DNA of 52,647 nt from Candidatus Woesearchaeota archaeon (GTDB lineage Archaea; Nanobdellota; Nanobdellia; Woesearchaeales; GW2011-AR4), in assembly GCA_018303505.1 (NCBI GenBank), contig JAGVYA010000044.1, positions 1-52,647 on the forward strand, written 5' to 3'. A model generated the notes under the pieces. It saw only the letters and a program-made list of their open reading frames with translations, was not told where the DNA came from and searched no databases. Below, one piece after another: positions 42,620 through 51,318 of this stretch. Every line of letters starts with the position of its first letter. Positions within the stretch are counted from its first letter, which is position 1. The translations under genes and the position numbers were made by a program.

Positions 42620-43105
42620 ATGAAAGGATACACATTCAGAAATTACAATCAGGAGCATATGGCAAGAGCACTAGGAATGGCTTTGCCTGTTTCATTTAAG
42701 CAGAGTGTTGAGATATGCAGGTTTATTAAAAATAAAAACATCAATGACGCAAAAGAAATGCTGCAAAGTGTTGTAAGGGGAAAAACAGCAATTCCTTTCA
42801 AAAGATTTGATTTTGACCTTGGGCATAAAAAAAAGATAGGTCCAGGAAGATACCCCCAAAAAGCATCAGGAGAATTCATAAGATTAATTGAGAATGTTGA
42901 GTCAAATGCGCAATTCAAGGGCTTGAACACATCAAATTTAGTCATCGCGCATGTCAGCGCGCATAAATCCGGAAAGACATGGCATTTCGGAAGAAAATCC
43001 AGAAGAAGAATGAAAAGAACAAATGTTGAGATTATTGTTGAGGAAACAGCAACTGATATTAAAGAAGAAGCAAAAACAAAGGCAATGAAAAAAGTGAAAA
43101 AATGA
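42620..43105 (+). CDS. rpl22: 50S ribosomal protein L22 (uL22)
   Basis: ARALGMALPVSFKQSVEICRFIKNKNINDAKEML, and synteny. Confidence 0.9.
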   Translation: MKGYTFRNYNQEHMARALGMALPVSFKQSVEICRFIKNKNINDAKEMLQSVVRGKTAIPFKRFDFDLGHKKKIGPGRYPQKASGEFIRLIENVESNAQFKGLNTSNLVIAHVSAHKSGKTWHFGRKSRRRMKRTNVEIIVEETATDIKEEAKTKAMKKVKK

Positions 43106-43120
43106 TAGTAACAAAACCGA

Positions 43121-43226
43121 CAAAATCAAAGATTTTGTGGTCCAGAAAATCTAAAGATTTTCTTGGAATTAAAAATTCAGTGAAAATCCAAGATTTTCGA
43201 GGTGTTCAAAAATCTCTGATTTTTGA
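43121..43226. repeat. Array of four GAAAATC-N3-4-GATTTTC hairpin units in the L22-S3 spacer
   Basis: caaaatcaaagattttg (43121-43137), agaaaatctaaagattttct (43144-43163), gaaaatccaagattttc (43182-43198) and tcaaaaatctctgatttttga (43206-43226). Confidence 0.75.
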
Positions 43227-43262
43227 CATTTGGAACTCCCAAAATTTCAACGGGGTGAAATT

Positions 43263-43982
43263 TTGATAGAAAGAAAATTTGTAGCCCAGAAAATTAAGGA
43301 ATTTCAGATACAGGAGTATGTAACACAGAGCCTAGAGAATGTTGGGCACAGCCACACAAAAATGGTTAAAACCCCATTAGGAGAGAAAATAATAATATTT
43401 GCATCAAGGCCCGGCTTAATTGTCGGGAGAAAAGGGCAAAACATAAAGCAACTTACAAAGACATTAAAGAAGAGGTTTAATTTAGAAAACCCCCAGATAG
43501 AGATAAGTGAAGTAGAAAATCCTAATTTAGACGCAAATATAGTGGCAGAAAAAATTGTTGACGCCCTTGAGAAATTCGGCTCTGAAAAATTTAAGGCCAT
43601 AGGACATAAGATAATGACTGAGGTCATGAGATCAGGGGCCCTTGGGATAGAGATTGTCGTAAGCGGAAAAGTTCCAAGCGCAAGGGCAAAGTCATGGCGC
43701 TTTTACTCAGGCTATCTTAAAAAATGCGGTGACATAGCAATAGTCGGAGTCAGAAAATCCAATACCCAAGCGCAATTAAAAACAGGCATAATAGGCGTTA
43801 AAGTCAGTATAATGCCGCCTGACATTAAATTGCCAGATGATATAAAATTAACTGAGCAAAGGGAAGTTAGTGTTGAGAAAATAAAAGAAAAAACAGATGA
43901 AGAAATGCCAAAAGAGGAAATAAAAAAAGACAAAGCAAAGAGAAGAAGTCGAATGCGAGTGAGGGAGATGAGCGAGCGTTGA
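43263..43982 (+). CDS. rps3: 30S ribosomal protein S3 (uS3)
   Basis: A TTG start gives (M)IERKFVAQKIKEFQIQEYV, matching archaeal S3 N-termini. A GGGGTGA Shine-Dalgarno site lies at 43251-43257. There is a KH domain (GRKGQNIKQL). The last ~11 codons run into GC-rich element copy B. Confidence 0.9.
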   Translation: MIERKFVAQKIKEFQIQEYVTQSLENVGHSHTKMVKTPLGEKIIIFASRPGLIVGRKGQNIKQLTKTLKKRFNLENPQIEISEVENPNLDANIVAEKIVDALEKFGSEKFKAIGHKIMTEVMRSGALGIEIVVSGKVPSARAKSWRFYSGYLKKCGDIAIVGVRKSNTQAQLKTGIIGVKVSIMPPDIKLPDDIKLTEQREVSVEKIKEKTDEEMPKEEIKKDKAKRRSRMRVREMSER

Positions 43983-44059
43983 GTTAAGCGAGCGAAAGCG
44001 AGCTTTCGCATGTCACACGAGTTCTCGCATTCCACCTGAAACTCGCTCACAACTCGGTG
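43948..44059 (+). repeat. GC-rich ~115-nt element, copy B, between rps3 and rpl29
   Basis: gtcgaatgcgagtgagggagatgagcgagcg...gcgaaagcgagctttcgcatgtcacacgagttctcgcattcc...ctcgctcacaactcggtg. Hairpin gcgaaag-cgag-ctttcgc. Shares ordered blocks with 25897-26014. Confidence 0.6.
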
Positions 44060-44069
44060 AAAAAAGAAG

Positions 44070-44297
44070 ATGAAAGTGAAAGAACTAAGATTAATGAACG
44101 AACTTGACCTTAATAACAAGTCAAATGAATTGAAAAAGGAATTGATGAAGTTAAATTCACAGATTGCAATAGGAACTGTGCCAAAAAGCCCCGGCAAAGT
44201 AAAGGAGATAAAAAGAACAATTGCAAAGATATTAAGCATAAATAATGAGAAAACAACAAACAAAAAACAACAGAAAGGAGGAAGAAAAAAGGAATGA
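44070..44297 (+). CDS. rpl29: 50S ribosomal protein L29 (uL29)
   Basis: [31 protein letters not shown]. Confidence 0.9.
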   Translation: MKVKELRLMNELDLNNKSNELKKELMKLNSQIAIGTVPKSPGKVKEIKRTIAKILSINNEKTTNKKQQKGGRKKE

Positions 44298-44602
44298 GTG
44301 AAGTATGCCCCATGTGCGGCTTGGTGAAAGAGCTGTGTGTATGTGAGACTATAGCGAAAGAAAGCCAAAAGATTTTGGTTTATGTTGAGAGGAAGAAATT
44401 CAACAAAAATTATACTATTGTCGAAGGCATTGATGAAAAGGAGATAGATCTCAAAGACCTAGCAAAGAAACTCAAGTCAGAACTTGCATGCGGCGGCACT
44501 ATAAAAGATGAAAAAATAGAGCTGCAAGGCGAGCACAAGCAAAAGACAAAAAAAATCTTGATTGAGTATGGCTTTGCACCAAGCAGCGTGGAAGTAAGAT
44601 AA
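44294..44602 (+). CDS. Translation initiation factor aSUI1 (eIF1 homolog)
   Basis: CPMCGL..ELCVC zinc knuckle, [44 protein letters not shown]. Confidence 0.9.
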   Translation: MSEVCPMCGLVKELCVCETIAKESQKILVYVERKKFNKNYTIVEGIDEKEIDLKDLAKKLKSELACGGTIKDEKIELQGEHKQKTKKILIEYGFAPSSVEVR

Positions 44603-44621
44603 ATCTGCAGAATAAACAAAA

Positions 44622-45050
44622 ATGGCAAAAATAGAATCAAAAGGTATAGGAATCGTCTTGGAAATCCCGAAACAAAAGTGCAACGATGTAAAATGCCCAT
44701 TTCATGGCAGTTTAAGCGTGAGAGGCAGGCAGTTTACTGGCATAGTCGTCTCAACAAAGATGAGAAAGACAGCAGTCATAGAATTTAATAGGCTGCACTT
44801 TTTGAAAAAATATGAAAGATACGAGAAAAGAAGAACAAAATTAAAGATACATAATCCAGAATGCATTAATGCAAAAGATGGGGATATTGTAAGGGTCATG
44901 GAATGCAGACCGCTTAGTAAAACAAAAAATTTTGTTATTATAGAAAAATTGGGCACTGAGAGAGGATTTAAGGACAAGATGGAAGCAAGAGAGTCTGGAA
45001 AAGTAATGGCAAAGAAAGAAGATGAAATGAAAGCCAAGGAGGAAGAATAA
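44622..45050 (+). CDS. rps17: 30S ribosomal protein S17 (uS17) with K/E-rich C-terminal extension
   Basis: CNDVKCPFHGSLSVRGRQFTGIVVSTKMRKTAVIE...DGDIVRVMECRPLSKTKNF. Confidence 0.9.
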   Translation: MAKIESKGIGIVLEIPKQKCNDVKCPFHGSLSVRGRQFTGIVVSTKMRKTAVIEFNRLHFLKKYERYEKRRTKLKIHNPECINAKDGDIVRVMECRPLSKTKNFVIIEKLGTERGFKDKMEARESGKVMAKKEDEMKAKEEE

Positions 45051-45452
45051 ATGCAGCCAATTAAATCTCGCGTTACAAAAGCACTTCCAGTAGGGTGCAG
45101 AATTGAAACATGCGATAATTCAGGAGCAAAGATAATCAGGATTTTTACTGTTGTAGGGTCAAAGACAGTTAAGGGAAGGATATCAAGCTGCGGCGTTGGT
45201 GATTTGGTTATGGGATCTGTGCTAAGCGGCAGACCAGATATAAGAAAACAGGTTGTGTTTGCAGTTATTGTGAGGCAGAAAAAGGAATATAGAAGAATTG
45301 ACGGAACCAGAATAAAATTTGAGGATAACTCCGCAGTTGTGCTGAAGGACGACAAAGGCAATCCAAAAGGCACAATATTCAAAGGCGCAATTGCAAAGGA
45401 AGCATGCGAGAGATGGCCAGGCATAGCAAAAATAGCAAGCATAGTAGTTTAA
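45051..45452 (+). CDS. rpl14: 50S ribosomal protein L14 (uL14)
   Basis: ETCDNSGAKIIRIFTVVG...GDLVMGSV...FEDNSAVVL. Confidence 0.95.
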   Translation: MQPIKSRVTKALPVGCRIETCDNSGAKIIRIFTVVGSKTVKGRISSCGVGDLVMGSVLSGRPDIRKQVVFAVIVRQKKEYRRIDGTRIKFEDNSAVVLKDDKGNPKGTIFKGAIAKEACERWPGIAKIASIVV

Positions 45453-45461
45453 GTGATTAAT

Positions 45462-45839
45462 ATGAAAAATTTTTCAAGTGCATGGAAAAGCAACAAGAAG
45501 CCAAGAAAGCAGAGAAAATACAGATTAAGCGCTCCGCTGCACATCAAGAAGAAATTCGTCCAGTCACACCTTTCAAAAGATCTAAGAAAGAAGTATGGCA
45601 AAAGAAGCATTGGACTAAGGAAGGGTGATAAGGTAAAGATCATGCAAGGCCAGTTCAAAAAACATGAAGGAAAGATTGAGACGATCAACTTGAAAAAGAC
45701 AAAAGTTTTTGTTAGTGGGGTGGAGCTAACAAAAAGGGATGGAACAAAAAGATTATTTGCATTACACCCGTCAAACTTGATGATCACAGAATTAAATTTA
45801 GAAGACAAGCTTAGGCAGAAAACATTGGAGAGGAGATAA
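45462..45839 (+). CDS. rpl24: 50S ribosomal protein L24 (uL24)
   Basis: KKPRKQRKYRLSAPLHIKKKF...KGDKVKIMQGQFKKHEGKI. GTGAT Shine-Dalgarno-like site upstream; alternative GTG start at 45453. Confidence 0.9.
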   Translation: MKNFSSAWKSNKKPRKQRKYRLSAPLHIKKKFVQSHLSKDLRKKYGKRSIGLRKGDKVKIMQGQFKKHEGKIETINLKKTKVFVSGVELTKRDGTKRLFALHPSNLMITELNLEDKLRQKTLERR

Positions 45840-45840
45840 A

Positions 45841-46530
45841 ATGGGCAAAGATCACCTAAAAAGACTAGCGGCGCCAAAAACATGGCATGTAAAGAGAAAG
45901 GAGCTTAAATTTATCACAAAATCGATACCCGGCCCGCATAGTTTGGATATAGGATTACCCCTTAGCACATTTCTCAAAGAAATACTGAATTATGCCAGCA
46001 CAACAAGAGATGTCAAAAAAATCCTGAACACCAATGAAATAAAGATTGATGGGAAAACCAGAAAAAACTTCAGATTTCCTATTGGGATTTTTGATACAAT
46101 GGAGTTCACAAACACAAAAGAATTCTTTAGGGTGATATTAAACAAAAAAGGCAAGCTAGACCTGATAAAAATAAAGAAGGAAGAAGCTTTGCTCAAACCC
46201 TGCAAAATTATCGGAAAGACAATGGTCAGGGGAAAACTTCAATTAAACTTATTTGACGGCAAGAACATAATTGCTGATGACCACATATACAAAGTAGGAG
46301 ATACTCTTCTTTTATTATTACCCCAAGAGAAAATCAACAAGCATTTGAAGCTTGATAAGAATTCAACAATATTTTTGGCAGGCGGAAAGCACATAGGAGA
46401 AATTGGAAATGTTGAAGATATTGTTGAAGACAAAGTAATCTACAAGGATTCCAGGGGAGACTTAATAGAGACTTCGAAGAAATATGCTTTTGTGATTGGG
46501 GATAACAAGCCATCAATCACGCTTGGATGA
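45841..46530 (+). CDS. rps4e: 30S ribosomal protein S4e (eS4)
   Basis: MGKDHLKRLAAPKTWHVKRKELKFITKSIPGPHS. Confidence 0.95.
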   Translation: MGKDHLKRLAAPKTWHVKRKELKFITKSIPGPHSLDIGLPLSTFLKEILNYASTTRDVKKILNTNEIKIDGKTRKNFRFPIGIFDTMEFTNTKEFFRVILNKKGKLDLIKIKKEEALLKPCKIIGKTMVRGKLQLNLFDGKNIIADDHIYKVGDTLLLLLPQEKINKHLKLDKNSTIFLAGGKHIGEIGNVEDIVEDKVIYKDSRGDLIETSKKYAFVIGDNKPSITLG

Positions 46531-47045
46531 AGATGAACAAGATGAAAAACATCAGAATAGAGAAAGTAACATTGAACATCGGCGCTGGAAAAGACCAGGC
46601 AAGATTAGAGAAAGGCTTGGTATTGCTTAATGCAGTCACAAACGCAACTCCAATAAAGACCATAACAAGCAAAAGAATACAAGAATGGGGGCTAAGGCCA
46701 GGATTGCCAATAGGGTGCAAACTCACTTTAAGAAAAGACAGGGCAATTAAAATGCTTCCGCGACTGCTTGGAGCTATTGATAATAAACTAAGAGAAAAAC
46801 AATTTGATAACAATGGCAACATTGCATTTGGAATTCACGAGTATATAGAGATTCCTGGCGTGAAATATGACCCAAAAATAGGCATTATGGGATTTGAAGT
46901 TTGTGTGACTCTTGAAAGGCCAGGCTACAGAATTAAAAGAAGAAGATTTATGACAAGAAGAATACCGGCAAGACACAGGATATCAAAGCAAGAAGCCATA
47001 GATTTTATGGCAAGCAATTTCAGTACAAAAGTGGAGGCTGAGTAG
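46527..47045 (+). CDS. rpl5: 50S ribosomal protein L5 (uL5)
   Basis: IRIEKVTLNIGAG...WGLRPGLPIGCKLTLR...GIMGFEVCVTLERPGYR. Confidence 0.95.
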   Translation: MKMNKMKNIRIEKVTLNIGAGKDQARLEKGLVLLNAVTNATPIKTITSKRIQEWGLRPGLPIGCKLTLRKDRAIKMLPRLLGAIDNKLREKQFDNNGNIAFGIHEYIEIPGVKYDPKIGIMGFEVCVTLERPGYRIKRRRFMTRRIPARHRISKQEAIDFMASNFSTKVEAE

Positions 47046-47276
47046 ATGACTTATAGCGATTACAGGAAAGTGTTCAAGCAATTAAAAGCAAAACCCGTCA
47101 AGATGCAGAAATATATCAAGCATAATGCCCCAAAATTAAGAAAATATGGCAGAGCAACAAAAAAATGCAGAAGATGCGGCAGGCCAGGGGGTTATATAGG
47201 CAAATATGGCTTAGGGGTTTGCAGAACATGCTTTAGGGAAATTGCAACAAGCCTGAGCTTTAAGAAATACAGTTAA
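47046..47276 (+). CDS. rps14: 30S ribosomal protein S14 (uS14, zinc type)
   Basis: [27 protein letters not shown]. It has a ~20-aa N-terminal extension if the start at 47046 is used; an alternative Met lies at 47103. Confidence 0.85.
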   Translation: MTYSDYRKVFKQLKAKPVKMQKYIKHNAPKLRKYGRATKKCRRCGRPGGYIGKYGLGVCRTCFREIATSLSFKKYS

Positions 47277-47285
47277 AGTGAGAAA

Positions 47286-47675
47286 ATGCTGAACGATCCA
47301 TTAGCAAATGTAATGTCTTTGATGTTGAACAGCGAGTTAATTGGAAAATCAGAATGCCTGATAAGTCCAGTTTCAAAGGTAATTAAAGAACTGCTAAAAG
47401 TAATGAAAGAGAACAATTATGTTGGCGAATTCAAGGAAACAGAAGACAGCAGAGGCAATTACATAAGGCTCACTCTAATCGGGAACATAAACAAGTGCGG
47501 CGTAATAAAGCCAAGGTACAGCGTTAAAAACACAGAATTTGAAAATTTTGAGGCAAGATACTTGCCGGCCAAGGGGATAGGTATATTATTTGTATCCACA
47601 TCAAGGGGAATTATGACACATTATGATGCTAAATCAAAAAAAACAGGGGGAAGGCTTTTAGCTTATTGTTATTAA
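47286..47675 (+). CDS. rps8: 30S ribosomal protein S8 (uS8)
   Basis: MLNDPLANVMSLMLNSE...GVIKPRY...ILFVSTSRGIMTH. Confidence 0.95.
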   Translation: MLNDPLANVMSLMLNSELIGKSECLISPVSKVIKELLKVMKENNYVGEFKETEDSRGNYIRLTLIGNINKCGVIKPRYSVKNTEFENFEARYLPAKGIGILFVSTSRGIMTHYDAKSKKTGGRLLAYCY

Positions 47676-48242
47676 ATGCAAAAAGTAAAATCCAGCAGGA
47701 AAGGGAAAATAACCAAAGACATTGACTTGCATGATAATGTAAGTGCCTCCATCAACGGCCAGGTTTTGTTAATTAAAGGACCTAAAGGAGAAGTAAACAG
47801 GGAAATTAAGCAGCGCAACATTTCAATTAAAATAGACAATAAAAAAATAGTAATTGAATCTAAAAGCGGAAAAAAAGAAGATAAAAAGACAATTGGAACA
47901 TTGGCAGCGCACATCAAAAATATGGTAAGAGGAAGCATGCAAAATCATGTCTACATCCTGAAGATATGCTCAGGGCATTTTCCAATGAATGTAAGCGTGT
48001 CCAACAACAAGCTTGCTGTCAAAAATTTTCTGGGAGAGAAAGTGCCAAGGGTTTTAGAATTAAAAGAAGGCGCTGATGTAAAGGTCGAAGGTGACATTAT
48101 TCATGTAACCAGCATAAGCAAGGAAATTGCCGGGCAAGTCAGCGCTGATATAGAGCAATTGACAAGAAGGCCGGGATATGACACAAGAATTTTTCAAGAT
48201 GGTTGTTATATAATTTCGAAAGATGGTAAAGAGCTTAAATAA
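47676..48242 (+). CDS. rpl6: 50S ribosomal protein L6 (uL6)
   Basis: GPKGEVNREI..., HIKNMVRGSMQNHVYILKICSGHFPMNV, RRPGYDTRIFQDG. Confidence 0.9.
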   Translation: MQKVKSSRKGKITKDIDLHDNVSASINGQVLLIKGPKGEVNREIKQRNISIKIDNKKIVIESKSGKKEDKKTIGTLAAHIKNMVRGSMQNHVYILKICSGHFPMNVSVSNNKLAVKNFLGEKVPRVLELKEGADVKVEGDIIHVTSISKEIAGQVSADIEQLTRRPGYDTRIFQDGCYIISKDGKELK

Positions 48243-48290
48243 ACTAAAAGAAAAAATTTACTAGATGACCTATTATGAAATGGAACAAAA

Positions 48291-49379
48291 ATGATACAAA
48301 TTAATAATAAAATGTTGATTGAAATGAAAAAACTTTACACAGAAGGCTATGGAACTAAAAAAATAGCTAAGAAATTTAATTTTACTGTAACTACTACTAG
48401 AAATTATTTAATAAAAAATGGAATAAAATTCCGAGAAGCATTTAAAGATAAAGTTCCTATTTCTCAACATAATAAATTTATTAATTTGTATCACAAAGAT
48501 AAATCAATAAAAGAAATAGCTCAAATATGTAATTTTTCTTTTAGCACAGTTCAAAGGCACTTAATTAAATCTAATATAAATTTAAAGAAAAGAGGAAATC
48601 CTGTTTTAATAAAAAATCAAAATTACAAAGAATTAACTTTAGAAAAAGCCTACATCCTTGGTGTAGTTGGGCCCGGTGATGGATTCATTGAATATAGAAA
48701 AGATAATGGCGTCTATAGGATTGTTCTTGAAGCGGTTGATTCGAATTTTATCAAATATTTTGTATTTTGTTTAGAAAAAGTTTATGGTATTAAGCCTAAA
48801 ATAAAAGTACTTAAACCTAGAAATTTTGGCATAAATAAAACTTTTAGGGTCAGATTAAGTTCAAAACAAGCAGTAGAAGATATTTTAAGTTATAATGCAA
48901 ATTTTAAGGAAAGTACTTGGACTGTTCCTATAGCTATTAAAAATGTCTCAAAAGAAACTAAAGCAAAATATCTTCAAGGTTTTGCAGATTCTCAGGGAAG
49001 TGTTTCTATAGACTCAAAACAAATAATTCTTTGTAATCAAAATTTAGAAGGACTAAAAGAAATTGAAGAATTATTTAATGATATTGGAATTAAAAATATA
49101 AGTTATAATAAAAATGGAATTCTATTATACAATAGAAAAAATATTGAGATTTTTAACGAATTAATAAATTTTAATATTTCTTATAAAAGGCAGAAGTTGA
49201 CAGATATAGTCAACAATTATAAAATTTGGAAAACTCCTGAAAAAGAAATGCTAAAATTAAAACCACAAGTCATTGATTTACGTAAAAATGGTTTAAGTTA
49301 CCCTAAAATAGCAAAGGAATTAGATATATCAACATCAGCTGCGTGGCATCACTCAAAAGACATCAAACAGGTTGTGTAA
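48291..49379 (+). CDS. Free-standing double-motif LAGLIDADG homing-endonuclease-like protein flanked by HTH modules
   Basis: Motif 1 is AYILGVVGPGDGFI and motif 2 is AKYLQGFADSQGSV. There are two N-terminal HTH-like units (GYGTKKIAKKFNFTVTTTRNYL and KSIKEIAQICNFSFSTVQRHL) and one C-terminal unit (GLSYPKIAKELDISTSAAWHH). It is inserted between rpl6 and rpl32e. Confidence 0.7.
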   Translation: MIQINNKMLIEMKKLYTEGYGTKKIAKKFNFTVTTTRNYLIKNGIKFREAFKDKVPISQHNKFINLYHKDKSIKEIAQICNFSFSTVQRHLIKSNINLKKRGNPVLIKNQNYKELTLEKAYILGVVGPGDGFIEYRKDNGVYRIVLEAVDSNFIKYFVFCLEKVYGIKPKIKVLKPRNFGINKTFRVRLSSKQAVEDILSYNANFKESTWTVPIAIKNVSKETKAKYLQGFADSQGSVSIDSKQIILCNQNLEGLKEIEELFNDIGIKNISYNKNGILLYNRKNIEIFNELINFNISYKRQKLTDIVNNYKIWKTPEKEMLKLKPQVIDLRKNGLSYPKIAKELDISTSAAWHHSKDIKQVV

Positions 49380-49380
49380 A

Positions 49381-49713
49381 ATGGCAACAATTGAAGATTT
49401 CAACAAAATTGACATAAGAAGCGGAAGAATTATTGAAGTAGAGGACTTTCCAGAAGCTAAAAAGCAATCTTACAAGTTAAAAATAGATTTTGGAAGAGAT
49501 ATAGGAATAAAGAAATCCTGCGCACAGCTTGTTGCAAATTATTCAAAAGAAAAGTTAAAAGATAAATTAATTTTAGGTGTAGTAAATTTTCCACCAAGAC
49601 AAATAGGTCCAGCTACATCAGAGGTTCTTGTATTAGGCGTTCCTGACAAAAATAATCAGTGCGTTTTGATAGAACCTAAAAGAGAAGTTGATGTCGGAGT
49701 AAAATTATACTGA
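49381..49713 (+). CDS. tRNA-binding domain protein (CsaA/Trbp111-like)
   Basis: KIDIRSGRIIEVEDFPEAKKQSYKLKIDFG...LILGVVNFPPRQIGPATSEVLVLGV matches the OB-fold tRNA-binding domain. Confidence 0.8.
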   Translation: MATIEDFNKIDIRSGRIIEVEDFPEAKKQSYKLKIDFGRDIGIKKSCAQLVANYSKEKLKDKLILGVVNFPPRQIGPATSEVLVLGVPDKNNQCVLIEPKREVDVGVKLY

Positions 49714-49718
49714 TAAAA

Positions 49719-50294
49719 ATGACTGAAATAAACACATTATTAGAGTTAAGAACCAGAATTAAAGAGAAAAAGCCAGATTTTATCAGGCAGGACAACCCAA
49801 AAAGAATGAAGGTTAATGATAAATGGCGTAAGCCAAAAGGGATTCACTCAAAAATCAGGCATAAGTTCAAGGGCAGGAGGAAGATGCCTTCACCAGGATA
49901 CAAATCACCAAGAGAAGCCAAAGGACTGCACTCTTCCGGGCTAAAAATTGTAGGTATACTGTCAATCAATGACCTCATAAAAATAAGAAAAGAAAGTGAA
50001 GGAGCTGTCATTGCCAAAAGCGTGGGAATGAAAAAGAAACTTGAAATCCTGAAAAAGGCAAGAGAGCTCAATGTCAATATTTTGAATTTGAATGTTAACG
50101 AGCAAATCAAAAAAATTGAAGATTTTATCAACTCTAAAAAAAAGAAAGCAACTACAGAAGTAAAAAAAGAAGAAGTTAAGAAAGAAAAAGCAGTGACAAA
50201 AGAGCCAATTGAAAAAACACAAGTAAGCGACAAAGACGACAAAAAATTGGCCGAAAAGAAAGAAAAGGACAAGGTTCTGACAAAAAGGACATAA
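49719..50294 (+). CDS. rpl32e: 50S ribosomal protein L32e (eL32) with Lys-rich C-terminal extension
   Basis: KPDFIRQDNPKRMKVNDKWRKPKGIHSKIRHKFKGR... Confidence 0.9.
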   Translation: MTEINTLLELRTRIKEKKPDFIRQDNPKRMKVNDKWRKPKGIHSKIRHKFKGRRKMPSPGYKSPREAKGLHSSGLKIVGILSINDLIKIRKESEGAVIAKSVGMKKKLEILKKARELNVNILNLNVNEQIKKIEDFINSKKKKATTEVKKEEVKKEKAVTKEPIEKTQVSDKDDKKLAEKKEKDKVLTKRT

Positions 50295-50296
50295 AA

Positions 50297-50743
50297 ATGC
50301 TTAATGTACAAAGAAGATTAGCGGCTCAGATTTTAAAATGCGGCAATAATAGGATAAGGTTTGATCCTAACAGAGTAGAGGATATAAAAGAAGCAATAAC
50401 AAAAACTGATATAAGGTCATTAATAGGCAATGGAGTAATATCAAAAAAAAGACTGCTTTCTACATCAAGATTCTGGGCTAGAAGCAGGAAGAAACAAAAG
50501 ATCTATGGCAAGCAAAAAGGTTTTGGCTCAAGGAAAGGAAAAAAAACAGCAAGGCTAAACCCAAAAAGAACATGGATGAATAAAATAAGGCTGCAAAGAG
50601 ATTTTATCAAGTCATTAAGGGACAAAAGCATGATTACAAGCGCTGCTTATCACGAGCTTTATATGAAAAGCAAAAGCGGATTTTTCAGAAGCTCGAGACA
50701 CTTGAAACTGTATACTGAGGAACAGGGGTTAATTAAAAAATGA
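50297..50743 (+). CDS. rpl19e: 50S ribosomal protein L19e (eL19)
   Basis: LNVQRRLAAQILKCGNNRIRFDPN. Confidence 0.95.
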   Translation: MLNVQRRLAAQILKCGNNRIRFDPNRVEDIKEAITKTDIRSLIGNGVISKKRLLSTSRFWARSRKKQKIYGKQKGFGSRKGKKTARLNPKRTWMNKIRLQRDFIKSLRDKSMITSAAYHELYMKSKSGFFRSSRHLKLYTEEQGLIKK

Positions 50744-51318
50744 AGCACGGAAATATTTTCACAGTACCATTCAGGAGAAAAAGGCAGGGAAGGACTTATT
50801 ACAGGAAAAGATTGAAGATATTAATGTCTAATAAATTTAGATTTGTGGTTAGGATGGCATTAAAAAACTTCCAGGCATCAATTATAGAGTATAGTGCAAA
50901 AGGCGACAAGGTTTTGTTCACAATAGATTCAAAGGCGTTAATCAAGCTTGGCTGGAAGGGTGATAATGGGAATATACCAAGCGCATATTTGATAGGGGCC
51001 CTTGCAGGAAAAAAAGCGCTTGAAAGAGGCGTAAAGGATGCTGTACTTGACTTGGGGTTCAATAACTCCACCAAGGGCTCAAGACTGTATGCTGCGCTTG
51101 CAGGGGCAGTTGATGCTGGATTAAATATTCCCTTTAATCCAGAGGTACTTCCATCAAAAGACAGGATTTCAGGAGAACATATTGCAAAATATGCACAGCA
51201 ATTAGAGAGCAATGAGTCAATGTATAAAAGGCAATTCTCCAATTACATAAAAAAAGGACTCAATCCGGTGGATATTGTAAAGCATTTTAATGAGATAAAG
51301 GTTAAGATACATGGCTAA
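50740..51318 (+). CDS. rpl18: 50S ribosomal protein L18 (uL18)
   Basis: FTVPFRRKRQGRTYYRKRLKIL...SAYLIGALAGKKALERGV. Confidence 0.95.
   Translation: MKHGNIFTVPFRRKRQGRTYYRKRLKILMSNKFRFVVRMALKNFQASIIEYSAKGDKVLFTIDSKALIKLGWKGDNGNIPSAYLIGALAGKKALERGVKDAVLDLGFNNSTKGSRLYAALAGAVDAGLNIPFNPEVLPSKDRISGEHIAKYAQQLESNESMYKRQFSNYIKKGLNPVDIVKHFNEIKVKIHG

Noticed and set aside
43121-43226. The possibility that the repeated hairpins are a small CRISPR array.
   Set aside because: The units are only 17-21 nt with 3-4-nt loops. The spacing is irregular (6 to 18 nt) and too short for spacers. There are no cas genes, and the same motif occurs singly elsewhere.
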